Positions 1 through 9,654 of a DNA stretch of 64,000 nucleotides are shown here, piece after piece. Position numbers and translations under genes: made by a program. The DNA lies in the NCBI GenBank assembly GCA_963842775.1, contig CAWJHQ010000013.1, forward strand, positions 162,896-226,895, given 5' to 3'. The notes beneath the pieces were generated by a model, which was not told the origin of the DNA, ran no database searches, and worked only from the letters and a program-made list of their open reading frames with translations. Each line of letters opens with the position of its first letter. The stretch's first letter is position 1. Source of the DNA: an uncultured Alphaproteobacteria bacterium (lineage in GTDB: Bacteria; Pseudomonadota; Alphaproteobacteria; Rhizobiales; Rhodomicrobiaceae).

Positions 1-583
1 AATATTTTGGATATTTTGTGATGACATGAACCGCCAACTTCGCCAATTCTCTGGCAGTCATGAGTTGTTTTGGATGCGGCAGGCCGGTGGAATTGGCAAA
101 GGTCGATTTCGTGATGCCGATGCGACGCGCATGGTCGGTCATCATCTGAGCAAATGCCTCTTCCGACCCCGCCAATCCTTCGGCCAATATGATGCAGGCG
201 TCGTTGCCCGACTGCACAATGATGCCCTGCAGGAGGTCCTCGACGGTCACGCGCGTATTGAGCGGCGCAAACATCGCCGACGTTCCTGAGGGTGCGCCGC
301 CGGTCCGCCAGGCGTTTTCGCTCACCGGGAAGTCGGTCTGCAGCGTGATCTTGCCCTCATCCAGCGCCTCGAACACCACGGCGAGCGTCATGAGTTTGCT
401 CATGCTCGCCGGCTGCATCAACTCGTCGGCCTTTTTCTCGAACAGGACGGTCTGGGTATCCGCATCGAGAAGGAAAGCATAGTCCGCCTCGGTCTCGATC
501 TGCGCGCGCACTTGCGCCGAAAACAGGCAAAGTGAGATGAGCAGGAACCAAGCTGAGCAAAGATGGCGGAGCGTCAGAATCAT
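1..583 (-). CDS. dacC: D-alanyl-D-alanine carboxypeptidase (low-MW PBP5/6, DacC-like), N-terminal ~194 aa; the gene runs off the window start
   Basis: The minus frame reads MILTLRHLCSAWFLLISLCLFSAQVRAQ (signal peptide) ...ASMSKLMTL (SxxK active site) ...QSGNDA (SxN motif), with ATG at 581-583. It is truncated by the window edge, so it is absent from the ORF track. Confidence 0.8.
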   Translation of the reverse strand, partial: MILTLRHLCSAWFLLISLCLFSAQVRAQIETEADYAFLLDADTQTVLFEKKADELMQPASMSKLMTLAVVFEALDEGKITLQTDFPVSENAWRTGGAPSGTSAMFAPLNTRVTVEDLLQGIIVQSGNDACIILAEGLAGSEEAFAQMMTDHARRIGITKSTFANSTGLPHPKQLMTARELAKLAVHVITKYPKY

Positions 584-705
584 GAAAGGTCAACGATAAG
601 GTGATTTTTCAACGGAATCGGAGCCTGGGCACTATTAGCCGCCAAGGCGCAAAAATCAATGCCGCAGACCGGGCGCGGCATTCACTGTCCCGATATCGTC
701 TGCGC

Positions 706-1885
706 TCAGCCGCCCGGCACCGGCTGCAAATAGGCCCCCGTCAGTCCCGCGGCGCGCATGCGCACAACCGCCGCCTCGGCTTCCATCTGATTGGCGAACG
801 GCCCGACGCGAAGACGGTGCAAGGTCGCTCCGCCGATGGTTTCCGGTTCGAGGGCGACCGGCGCCAGGTCGGTCAGCGTCGATGCAAGCCGCTCGGCCAG
901 TCGCTGATCGGGAAACAGCCCGGCCTCGATATAGGCGGGCCGCTGCCGCTGGGCCTTGGCGCTTACCGGGGCAGCATGTTGGCGCGGTGAAGCAACACTC
1001 GCTGCCTTGCCGAAGGATGGCGTCGTTGCGGGCGCCCGGCTTGGCGGTGCTGCGGATACGTGACCGGGAGCCGGTGCCGGAGGCTTTGCGCTCGGAGGGA
1101 GGGAGGCTGTCTTGCGCGGTTGGCCAGCGCCCGCGATTGGTCTTGTGTCAAAACCCTGGATCGGCAGAATAGCTTGTGACAGGAACAGCCGGGCCCATGC
1201 TGGTTCGCTGGCGACCGTCGCCGTAGAAAGCGGCGGGTTCGTTTGCGGCACGCCGATAGCGCATGGCCTTTGCCGGGGAAGCGGCGAATGCCACATGCGG
1301 CCCGGCCCAATGCTGATGCGCCAGCACTTGCCGCTCATAGCTGTCATCGCCATTAAGCGGCGCCGGACCGAGATACTGGATCCGGACAGGGGCGGTCCCG
1401 GCGCGCTGGACCTGCAGAAGAGATGCAACGGCCCAGGACAGATCGATCGCCCGGCCGCGTGCGTACGGTCCGCGATCATTGACGCGAACCACGAGAGAGC
1501 GGCCGTTTTGCAGATTGGTGATGCGCGCAAGCGAAGGCATCGGCAAGGTCGGATGGGCGGCCGTCAGCGCTTCCATATCGTAGATTTCGCCGTTGGCGGT
1601 GCGCCTGCCATGGAACAGCTCGCCATACCACGAGGCGACCCCCGTCGTGTCATAGCGCCCAACCTCCTGCGGGACAAAAAGTTGGCCGTTCAACCGGTAT
1701 GGTGCGCCGACCTTATATCTGCCGCCGCCTTTGGGAACGGGTTGGCCGAGTTCGACGATGCGCGGTCCGAGCCTCGTGCTTTCCTCGCGGCCAAAGCCGC
1801 CGCCGGAGCCCAAGTCGCAACCCGAAAGCAGCACCGTACCGCAAAGCAGCGCCGCGGAGCCCGCAGCGCCGCGCAGGCGACGCAT
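706..1885 (-). CDS. rlpA: Septal-ring lytic transglycosylase RlpA (lipoprotein, DPBB domain) with a Pro-rich linker and C-terminal SPOR domain. It is read in two frames: 1148-1885, and 706-~1150 carrying the SPOR domain. This is an apparent frameshift near 1150-1200.
   Basis: MRRLRGAAGSAALLCGTVLLSGC lipobox. A DPBB core is present (WYGELFHGRRTANGEIYD...ITNLQNGRSLVVRVNDRGPY). The downstream frame ends with ...GATLHRLRVGPFANQMEAEAAVVRMRAAGLTGAYLQPV, which is SPOR-like. rlpA-dacC synteny is conserved. Confidence 0.75.
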
Positions 1886-2129
1886 TCTGATTTGAAACGA
1901 TCTGCCAAACTCAAAAGCAACCACGACGCAACCCATCCAACGCCCCGCCGAATGTTCGGCAGGAGACCGTGCTCAACATCCAGACGGGCGCGCGTGCGAA
2001 CGCTTGGATTGCACAACTTTAAGGAGAGTTGCTTAGAATCAGGTTAATGAGCGGTTTCGAGGAGTATGAGGCTGAGACAGGCGCGTCACTCGCGCCGCCC
2101 TCATCTCCGAATGCCCGCGGCCCAGGCGG

Positions 2130-2735
2130 TCAGAGAAAGCGGACGATCTGGCCGCGCTCGATGTCGCGCCTGAGCGGCACGGTTTTTTTGCCAGTCTGCA
2201 TGATCGACCCGCCATATTGCGAGGTCATGACGCTGCGGATGATCGCGCCGTAAAAGCCTTCCGTCGTATGCTGTGCCTCCGAGCCTTCCTGCATGACGCG
2301 GGCAATCATGTCATAGGCCGCCTCCCAGGCGTCCCGCACCTCAGGCGTAAATTCGGGGCCGAGCACGCGGTTGAACGTCCAGAGCAGCGCCTCGCCGACC
2401 ACTGCATAGTGATCGTCCTCGACATCGTACGACAGATGCCGCCGTCCAAGGTCGACGATCTCCTCCGAAACCGCGGCAATCTGATCGAGGCTCCTGGCGA
2501 CGCCCGCCAGCATCTGCACGAATTTCGTCTTATGCGCCGCCATATCTTGCGGAAACAGCGCCCGCAGCCCGGGGGATATCCGAAACAGTTCGTCGTAGAA
2601 GATGCGGCTGGCTTCCGCCGCTTGCGGGCCGATACGTTTGAAACTGTCCTGGACAATCCCGACCTGCGCAGGCGTTAACGCCGTGCGGACGATAAAAATA
2701 TAGCCACCATGCTGTGCGAGATGGATTTTACTCAT
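2130..2735 (-). CDS. Single-domain globin (bacterial hemoglobin-like) with a ~55-aa C-terminal tail of unknown nature
   Basis: LTPAQVGIVQDSFKRIGPQAAEASRIFYDELFRISPGLRALFPQDMAAHKTKFVQMLAGVARSL...HYAVVGEALLWTFNRVLGPEFTPEVRDAWEAAYDMIARVM resembles Vitreoscilla-type globin and flavohemoglobin N-domains. Start is at cat 2733-2735. Confidence 0.6.
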   Translation of the reverse strand: MSKIHLAQHGGYIFIVRTALTPAQVGIVQDSFKRIGPQAAEASRIFYDELFRISPGLRALFPQDMAAHKTKFVQMLAGVARSLDQIAAVSEEIVDLGRRHLSYDVEDDHYAVVGEALLWTFNRVLGPEFTPEVRDAWEAAYDMIARVMQEGSEAQHTTEGFYGAIIRSVMTSQYGGSIMQTGKKTVPLRRDIERGQIVRFL

Positions 2736-2929
2736 GGCGCTCGATTGGTGAGAATAACAACTATCTTTGCTTATTGAAAAAATAGTATTCACTCAACTCA
2801 ATTTCGCTTATTTACCAAATCCATAGGGGTCTTACTTATAGAACACCACTTATATATTTGCTTCCCTGTTGATAGGTTGTTCGAGGGAGGCCGCTCGCAC
2901 CACGACCGCGCGCAGGCGAGCCGATCGCG

Positions 2930-4787
2930 CTAATTCTCGTCCATCTTCAGCGCCGCGATGAAGGCTTCCTGCGGGATCTCGACACGGCCGAACTGCCGCA
3001 TCTTCTTCTTGCCTTCCTTCTGCTTGTCGAGAAGCTTGCGCTTGCGGGTCACGTCGCCGCCATAGCATTTCGCGGTCACGTCCTTGCGCATCGCGGAAAT
3101 GGTCTCGCGCGCGATGATGCGGCCGCCGATCGCCGCCTGGATCGGGATCTGGAACAGGTGCCGGGGGATCAGCTCCTTGAGCTTCTCGCACATCACCCGT
3201 CCGCGCTGCTGCGACCGCGACCGGTGCACGATCATCGACAGCGCGTCCACCGGCTCGGCATTGACGAGGATCGACATCTTCACGAGATCGCCCGGCTCAT
3301 AGCCGATGATCTTATAGTCGAACGAGGCATAGCCGCTGGTGACCGATTTCAGCCGGTCGTAGAAGTCGAACACCACTTCATTCAGCGGCAGCTCATAGAC
3401 GACCAGCGCCCGGCTGCCGGCATAGGAAAGATCCTTCTGCCGCCCGCGCCGGTCCTCGCACAGCTTCAGCACGGAGCCGAGATATTCGTCCGGCACCAGG
3501 ATGGTGGCGCTGATCCAGGGCTCCTCCATGCGGTCGATCTTGACCGGATCGGGCATATCGGCGGGATTATGCATCTCCTGCATGGTGCCGTCGGTCATGA
3601 AGAGGTGATAGATGACGCTCGGCGCCGTCGTGATGAGGTCGATCTTGAATTCGCGCTCGAGCCGCTCGCGGATGATTTCCAGGTGCAGGAGGCCGAGGAA
3701 GCCGCAGCGGAAACCGAAGCCGAGCGCGGCGGAGGTCTCCATCTCATATTGGAAGGAGGCGTCGTTGAGGCGCAGCTTGCCCATGGCCTCGCGCAGATCC
3801 TCGAATTGCGACGAGTCCACCGGGAAGAGGCCGCAGAACACCACCGGCTGCGAATCCTGAAACCCGGGCAGCGCTTTCGCGGCTGGCCGCTTCTCGTCGG
3901 TAATGGTGTCGCCGACGCGGGTGTCGGCCACTTCCTTGATGGCGGCGGTGAAGAAGCCGATTTCGCCGGCGTCGAGGCCGTCGCGAAGCTCGGATTTCGG
4001 GCGAAAAATACCCACGCGGTCGACGAGATAGCTGCCGCCGGTCGCCATCAGCTTGATGCGCTGACCTTTCGACAATTTCCCATCGACCACGCGCACCAGC
4101 ACCACGACCCCGAGATAAGCATCGTACCAGCTATCGACCAGCATGGCCTTCAGCGGCCCGTCCGGATCGCCCTTCGGGGCGGGAAGCCGGTGCACGATAG
4201 CTTCCAGCACTTCGTCGACACCGAGGCCGGATTTGGCCGAAATCTCGATGGCGTCCGTTGCGTCGAGCCCGATCACATCCTCGATCTGCTGGCGCACCCG
4301 GTCCGGCTCGGCGGCGGGCAGATCGATCTTATTGAGGACCGGCACGATCTCGTGATTATTGTCGAGCGCCTTGTAGACGTTGGCGAGCGTCTGCGCCTCG
4401 ACGCCCTGGCTCGCATCGACGACCAGCAGCGACCCCTCGCAGGCGGCCAGACTCCGGCTCACCTCATAGGCGAAATCCACATGGCCCGGCGTGTCGATCA
4501 GATTGAGCTGATACGGCCGGCCGTCGCGGGCGGTGTAGTCGAGCCGCACGGTCTGCGCCTTGATGGTGATGCCGCGCTCCCGCTCGATATCCATCGAATT
4601 CGAGCACCTGGCTCTTCATCTCCCGCGCGGAAAGGCCGCCGCAGATCTGGATCAGACGGTCGGCCAGGGTCGACTTGCCGTGGTCGATATGGGCGACGAT
4701 GGAGAAATTGCGGATGCGATCCATCGGCCGCGCATGCGGTACGGCGGATTTGGCGGCGGGCCTCAATGTCTGGCTTGGTGTGCTCAT
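2930..4787 (-). CDS. lepA: Elongation factor 4 (LepA). It is split into 4464-4787 (N-terminus) and 2930-4594 by a +1 indel near 4600.
   Basis: The N-terminal frame reads ...[38 protein letters not shown], then jumps frame. The main frame continues [40 protein letters not shown]...[12 protein letters not shown], which is full-length LepA. Confidence 0.9.
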
Positions 4788-4862
4788 GACCGTTAGATAA
4801 TGGAAAAGGTTTGGTGCGCAAAGCCCTTCAATGGATTTCGGCCGGAGCGCGCCAAGTTCCCG

Positions 4863-5591
4863 TCAAGCCAGGCCCGGCAGCGGCGCGGCGCCGAACAGCC
4901 AGGGATGCAGGTGCAGCATGATCGCCCAGAGCAGCACCGCCACGCCGATGCGCCACCAGCCGATCTCGGCGATGCTGAGTCTCGCGCGCCCTTGCAGCAC
5001 GGCAAGCATCGGTATGAACGAGGTTTTTGCGGCAAACCGGTCCCAGCTTGCGCCGTAGGTTTCGGATTTTCGCCATTCCTGCAGCACCGCGCCGCCGATA
5101 GCCGTCAGCGCGAATAGGCCGAAAAACCAAAACCCTCGCCAATTGGGCTGGCTGATCAGATGCGCGATGCCCCACAGCCCGAAACTCCACATCAGCGGAT
5201 GGCGGGTGACGGCGAAAATCCCTTGCGCGACGCCGGGACGTTCAAGCAGCGCGCCTTTATTTGGCAAAGTCGGATTGGGCGAGGACAGGCCGCCGACGAA
5301 CAGCACGGCCGCGCCAAGGATGATGAGCGCCTTGAGCCAGGGCCACCAGATCGGGAAGGCCCAAAGCACCGGGTCGGGCGCGGCGGCATTGAAGGCGCGC
5401 ACCCAGACCCAGATCACGATCAGCGAGACGAGCGAGAACAGCCCCATATAGGGCCCCTCGCCGATTGCTCCGACCACCGTTCGACGGAGCGGCGTCGCAG
5501 GAACGATGTGGATGCCCAAGAACACCAGCCCCGCAATTGCAAGCGTCATCATGTCGACCCCCCAATATTGTTGCGTCAGATTAAACACCAA
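4863..5591 (-). CDS. NnrU family membrane protein (isoprenylcysteine/phospholipid methyltransferase-like fold)
   Basis: A multi-TM protein with the conserved TRHPLMWSFGLWGIAH motif typical of NnrU. The start could be the internal MMTLAIAG at ~5551. Confidence 0.6.
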   Translation of the reverse strand: MVFNLTQQYWGVDMMTLAIAGLVFLGIHIVPATPLRRTVVGAIGEGPYMGLFSLVSLIVIWVWVRAFNAAAPDPVLWAFPIWWPWLKALIILGAAVLFVGGLSSPNPTLPNKGALLERPGVAQGIFAVTRHPLMWSFGLWGIAHLISQPNWRGFWFFGLFALTAIGGAVLQEWRKSETYGASWDRFAAKTSFIPMLAVLQGRARLSIAEIGWWRIGVAVLLWAIMLHLHPWLFGAAPLPGLA

Positions 5592-5857
5592 TTCCCTCGC
5601 CAGGCCATGCCCGCGAGGCTTTGCTTGCCGTCTCCTTCATTTTCCGCCCCCCTTGAGGGACGGCGCGGGCGGGATTGTATTTCTCGAAAAGCCGATCTCT
5701 TGGTGAACGAATCATTGAGGATCGGCCTGGCTCCGGAGGCGGCCAACGCTGCTCGGCCGCAACGCCCATGAATTCGGGGGATGTCATGGACGCAGCGGCT
5801 GATTTCAGCGTGGAGCTCGGTTAAGCATGCACCTTCGTCAAAACAGCGAATGTGGCA

Positions 5858-6070
5858 TCACGGAAGGCTATAGCCTTTGCCGCCCCAGTCGCCCCATATT
5901 CCGTCGCCATCGATGTTGAACGATCCGACGCCGTCTATTCCAAGCGAGAAGAACAATCCGTCTTCGGCCAGCTTGACTCTCAATGGGCCGAAGCTCGCCT
6001 TGAGGGCCCCGGATACGTCCTCCATCTCGTCAGAGGTGAGATTGCGGATTTCTGTAATGTCTTGCGTGTT
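5858..6070 (-). CDS. Small secreted peptide precursor (70 aa) with a double-glycine-type leader and a glycine-rich core (bacteriocin/microcin-like)
   Basis: MNTQDITEIRNLTSDEMEDVSGA|LKASFGPLRVKLAEDGLFFSLGIDGVGSFNIDGDGIWGDWGGKGYSLP. The leader fits the GG-leader consensus: hydrophobic residues at -4, -7, -12 and -15, Glu at -8, Gly at -2 and Ala at -1. A GAGGAG RBS lies 5 nt upstream. Codon usage is atypical and GC is lower than in flanking genes. Confidence 0.5.
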   Translation of the reverse strand, partial: NTQDITEIRNLTSDEMEDVSGALKASFGPLRVKLAEDGLFFSLGIDGVGSFNIDGDGIWGDWGGKGYSLP

Positions 6071-6240
6071 CATGCGTGCGCTCCTCGATCCATTCGACTG
6101 CCAATGGTGGCGGTTGCCATCGGCCGTGATTGTTGCGGATCGCAAAGCGTCGGGCAGTTACCTGGGAAACAAACTGTGATTAGCGGCCGGCCAATGTCGC
6201 CCGTCCGGCCATGGGTCCCTCACGGTCAATCGCGTCCATG

Positions 6241-6390
6241 TCAGGCGTGGACCTGCGAGCCGCCTTGTCCATGACGCACGCGATGCCACTTCCTGCGCTG
6301 CCGGCGGACATACACTGCGATGTTCAGCGAGGCCGACACGATGCCAACGCCGTAGCATACGATCTGTGAAGTGAGCAGGAGAGTGTTCAT
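6241..6390 (-). CDS. 49-aa small membrane protein (one TM helix plus a basic C-terminal tail), candidate immunity or partner protein
   Basis: MNTLLLTSQIVCYGVGIVSASLNIAVYVRRQRRKWHRVRHGQGGSQVHA. An AAGGA RBS lies 9 nt upstream. It is in the same orientation as the GG-leader peptide and ~170 bp upstream of it. Confidence 0.4.
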   Translation of the reverse strand: MNTLLLTSQIVCYGVGIVSASLNIAVYVRRQRRKWHRVRHGQGGSQVHA

Positions 6391-6651
6391 GGTCGTAGGT
6401 TCCTTCGGACCAGGCTTATGGCGATTGCAGCGCCGGATTGAGATGAATTCAAAGCTGGGCTGGCGAACGCTCCTGTTCAATCAAACCCACGCTCTGCAAG
6501 AATGACGAACGGCGCACGGCAAGGCCGACAGGCCCACGCGCTTTTTTTGCTGTGTCGTCGGTCTCAAGCAGAAGGCGGAGACTTTGGGTGGTGGGTGACG
6601 TGAGGCCATGAGGTCGGGCGCGATGGCGCCCGTGGGGCACCCGGCCGCGTG

Positions 6652-7816
6652 TTAGTCTTGCACCAGCCGCGCCTGTTGTTCGGACCAGGGATGCTCCATT
6701 GTCAGGGCAACGTAAGCGGCGGTCGGCCGGTCATATCGCGACGCAATTCGCGCCAGCTCGCTGTCGAGCGATCGGGCCGGCGCCTCGCTTTGCGGCTGAA
6801 GCACGATGTCGGCGCCGGCGGCTGCGACGGTTGCGTCCGGCCGCAGGCGGAGTCCGTGCCGGGTTTGCACAACCCCGTCAGTCTCGCCGATGAGGCTCAG
6901 CCTGCTCAGCTCCGTCCGTGAATAGGCATCGACCATGAAGCCGAGCGCCATTTCGTCGACATTTGGGGCGACCTTGATGCCGATGGTTTCGTGCCGCCAG
7001 AAGCTCAGCCTGTTGCGAACATAGGTCTTGCGGTGCTCGGCGTTGAGCCGGAAAAACGAGCTGCGATGGCGAGCGTCCCAGTCGGGCGCGCCCAGGCGCA
7101 TGGCCAGCTTCTCGGCCTCGGCGCGGCCGCTGATCGCTTCGACCAGCGCAATCATCAGGGGAACCGAGGAGGTGATGCCGGTCGATGTCGCGATGTCGCG
7201 ATCGACCACATAGCGCCGGTCGGGTACGTATTCCATCGTCGGGTTTTCCGTCTGGAGCTGCTTGATGGAATACCAATGGCCGGTGGCCCTGCGTCCCTCG
7301 AGCAATCCTGTGGCCGACATTGTCAGCGAGCCGTTGCAGATGGAAACGATCTTTGCGCCCTTCCCATGCTGGGCCTTGATCCAGGCGATGATCGCCGGAT
7401 CGTCGCGCGGCTCCATTGCGGGAATGACGACGTAGTCGGCCCCCTCGGGATGCGACGCGTCGAACTGAGCCGTCGTCGCTTGCGGCTCTATGCTGCCGGC
7501 CGGATAGAGCCGGATCGGATCAGGCTCGGTCGGCAACGACGGTCACGTCCGCGACACCCGATTCCACAAGCACTCCATAAGAGCTGAGCAGGTCGGAGAC
7601 CTCCGTGCCCTTGTTCAGCGCGAGAATTGCGATGGCTGGCCGTGGGCGCTTGGGCGGTTTCAGGGCCTCGATCGTCTGCTGGTGCTCGGCGGGCGACACT
7701 CGATCAGGCGGAAGCGATGGGGTGGGTTCGCCGCTCGCCGCCAGCAGGATCGGCAGGCTGGCGACGGCAAGCACCGCGACCCCTGCAAGACAAAGGATCA
7801 GAGTTCGTATGCGCAT
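6652..7816 (-). CDS. DJ-1/PfpI family protein with an N-terminal signal peptide. It is split into 7520-7816 and 6652-7536 by an apparent frameshift near 7525.
   Basis: MRIRTLILCLAGVAVLAVASLPILLAASG...PRPAIAILALNKGTEVSDLLSSYGVLVESGVADVTVVA, then ...VVIPAMEPRDDPAIIAWIKAQHGKGAKIVSICNGSLTMSATGLL, which is the DJ-1/PfpI nucleophile-elbow region. A GGAGG RBS is present. Confidence 0.7.
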
Positions 7817-7985
7817 CGGGACCTCCTTCGTTGCCGCGCCGACGATACCAGCTTCGGGAAACGCCGTTCCGACAGAAAACGTGCAGTTTCTGCCAATCAG
7901 CTTCGGTAACCCCTGGCGCAAAGCGAAGATCCGGGCGGCTCCCCGAACCGCTTGACCGCCCCCTCAATCCCGCCCACCCTGTTGG

Positions 7986-9260
7986 GTGAGCAAACATACC
8001 CAAGGCCGTCACATGCCCAAGGCGCCCGCGTCCGCCCCCGACCGCGCAACCGCCCCGTCCTCCCTGCCGCTCACCGGTATTCGCGTGCTGGACCTCGCCT
8101 CCTACATCGCCGCGCCCGTCGCCGCGACGGTGCTGGCCGATTACGGCGCGGATGTCGTCAAGGTCGAGCCGCCGGGCCGGGGCGATCCGAACCGGATGAT
8201 GTACACGCTCGCCGCCTACCCGCAGCATGAAGTGAACTATCCCTGGCATCTGGACGCGCGCGGCAAGCGCTCGCTGGCCATCGACCTGAAGGACGAGGCC
8301 GCCCGCGAGGCGCTCTACCGGCTGATCGGCCAGGCGGATGTGTTCATCATCAACCTGCCCTTGAGCGTGCGCGAGCGGCTGAAGCTGGACCACGCCACCG
8401 TCGCCGCGCTCAATCCGCGCCTCATCTATGCGTCCTTCACCGGCTATGGAGAGGAGGGGCCGGACGCCGACCAGCCGGGTTTCGACACCAACGCCTATTT
8501 CGCCCGCGCCGGACTGCTCGACGGCTGCCGCTACGACGACGCGCTGCCGGGCGTGGTGATGCCGGGCCAGGGCGACCGGGCGGCGGCCATCGCGCTCGCC
8601 ATGGGCATCATGGTGGCGCTGTGGAACCGGGAGAAGACCGGGCGCGGCACCAAGGTTTCGTCCTCGCTGTTCGCCAACGGCATCTGGGCCAACGGCAATA
8701 TCGTGCAAGGGGCACTGCTCGGCGCGGCGATGCCCAAGCGGCCGCCGCCGCATACGCCGCGCAGCGCGGTGTCCAACCTATACCGCATGGCGGACGAACG
8801 CTGGGTGCAACTCACCGTCGTCGACGAGCCGAAGCAGTTCCCGGTGCTGTGCAAGGCGCTGGATCGCGAATTCGCCATCACCGACCCGCGCTTCACCACG
8901 CGCGAGCTGCGGCGCGAGAACAGCGCCGTGCTGGCGGCGATCTTCGCCGAGGCGTTTGCCGCGCAGCCCTATGCTTTTTGGCGCGAGCGGCTGAAAACGT
9001 GCGGTCTGCCCTTCGCCGTGATCAACCGCGCCTCGGATCTCGCCGGGGACGAGCAGGCCGTGGCGGCGGGCATATTCGTCGAGACCGCCAATCCGGAATT
9101 GCCGCTGACGCTGGCGCTGCCCTTCACCATCGACGACGTGACGCTGCCGCCGCCGCGGCCCGGCCCGGCGCTGGGCGAACATTCCGCGGAGGTGCTGGCC
9201 GAGGCCGGCTTCACGCCCGAGGAGATCGCCGCGCTGAAAAGCCGGGGCGTGGTTGAGTGA
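7986..9260 (+). CDS. CoA transferase, family III (CaiB/BaiF)
   Basis: ITGIRVLDLASYIAAPVAATVLADYGADVVKVEPPGRGDP...LIYASFTGYGEEGP is characteristic of class III CoA-transferases. The start could be the internal Met at 8013. Confidence 0.85.
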   Translation: MSKHTQGRHMPKAPASAPDRATAPSSLPLTGIRVLDLASYIAAPVAATVLADYGADVVKVEPPGRGDPNRMMYTLAAYPQHEVNYPWHLDARGKRSLAIDLKDEAAREALYRLIGQADVFIINLPLSVRERLKLDHATVAALNPRLIYASFTGYGEEGPDADQPGFDTNAYFARAGLLDGCRYDDALPGVVMPGQGDRAAAIALAMGIMVALWNREKTGRGTKVSSSLFANGIWANGNIVQGALLGAAMPKRPPPHTPRSAVSNLYRMADERWVQLTVVDEPKQFPVLCKALDREFAITDPRFTTRELRRENSAVLAAIFAEAFAAQPYAFWRERLKTCGLPFAVINRASDLAGDEQAVAAGIFVETANPELPLTLALPFTIDDVTLPPPRPGPALGEHSAEVLAEAGFTPEEIAALKSRGVVE

Positions 9261-9654
9261 TGCTCGCGTGAGCGGACGATAGTCCCGCAGCCGGGGCGAC
9301 AGCTGTGCCTGGGGATAAGGCATGGTATGCCAGCAGTACAATGCGGACGGTTCGCCAAAATCAGCCCGTCGGCTCAAGCCAATCTCGCGAGCCAAGGTGA
9401 TGGTTCGAACGCGGCGATTTCATCGGAAGGTGACTGCGTGGGCAGGCGTCGCAGACCGACTTCACGGTTTTTCGCCTTTGTTATTTCTTGCACAACGGTT
9501 ACCCATTTCGTTAGTAGCGGCGGCGCATCGTTTGCGAGCAGCTCGGGCATTCGGCCTGGACTTCTTAAGTTGCATTAGGGTAGCGAGTTGGTCACACATG
9601 TATTGCGTCCGAGCGTTCTTCTTCTCCAATTTCCGAATTCCAACACTGGCGCCG

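Noticed and set aside
4594-4612. An EcoRI site (GAATTC) lies exactly at the lepA frameshift, which raised the question of an engineered insertion
   Set aside because: Only a single-base indel relative to the expected ...VLDSMDIER... reading is needed. No vector-like sequence flanks it, and similar indels occur in 13 other genes. It is most simply a sequencing error.
3158-4789. Long plus-strand ORF (543 aa) antisense to lepA. Similar long antisense ORFs occur opposite other genes: 19625-20914 opposite the alcohol dehydrogenase gene, 15501-16700 opposite the TAXI receptor, 38084-38866 opposite the enoyl-CoA hydratase, 23923-25002 opposite otsA, 31383-32522 opposite the SPFH protein, and 50478-52112 opposite gyrB.
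   Set aside because: In a ~65% GC genome, stop codons are rare in the antisense frames of real genes. These ORFs have Arg/Ala/Gly/Pro-heavy low-complexity translations and no motifs, and each overlaps a gene with clear homology-type signatures.
5581-5787. 68-aa minus-strand ORF upstream of the NnrU gene, considered as a further small peptide of the bacteriocin-like locus
   Set aside because: No RBS, no leader-like motif, and it overlaps the likely NnrU start region. The composition is typical of non-coding GC-rich sequence.
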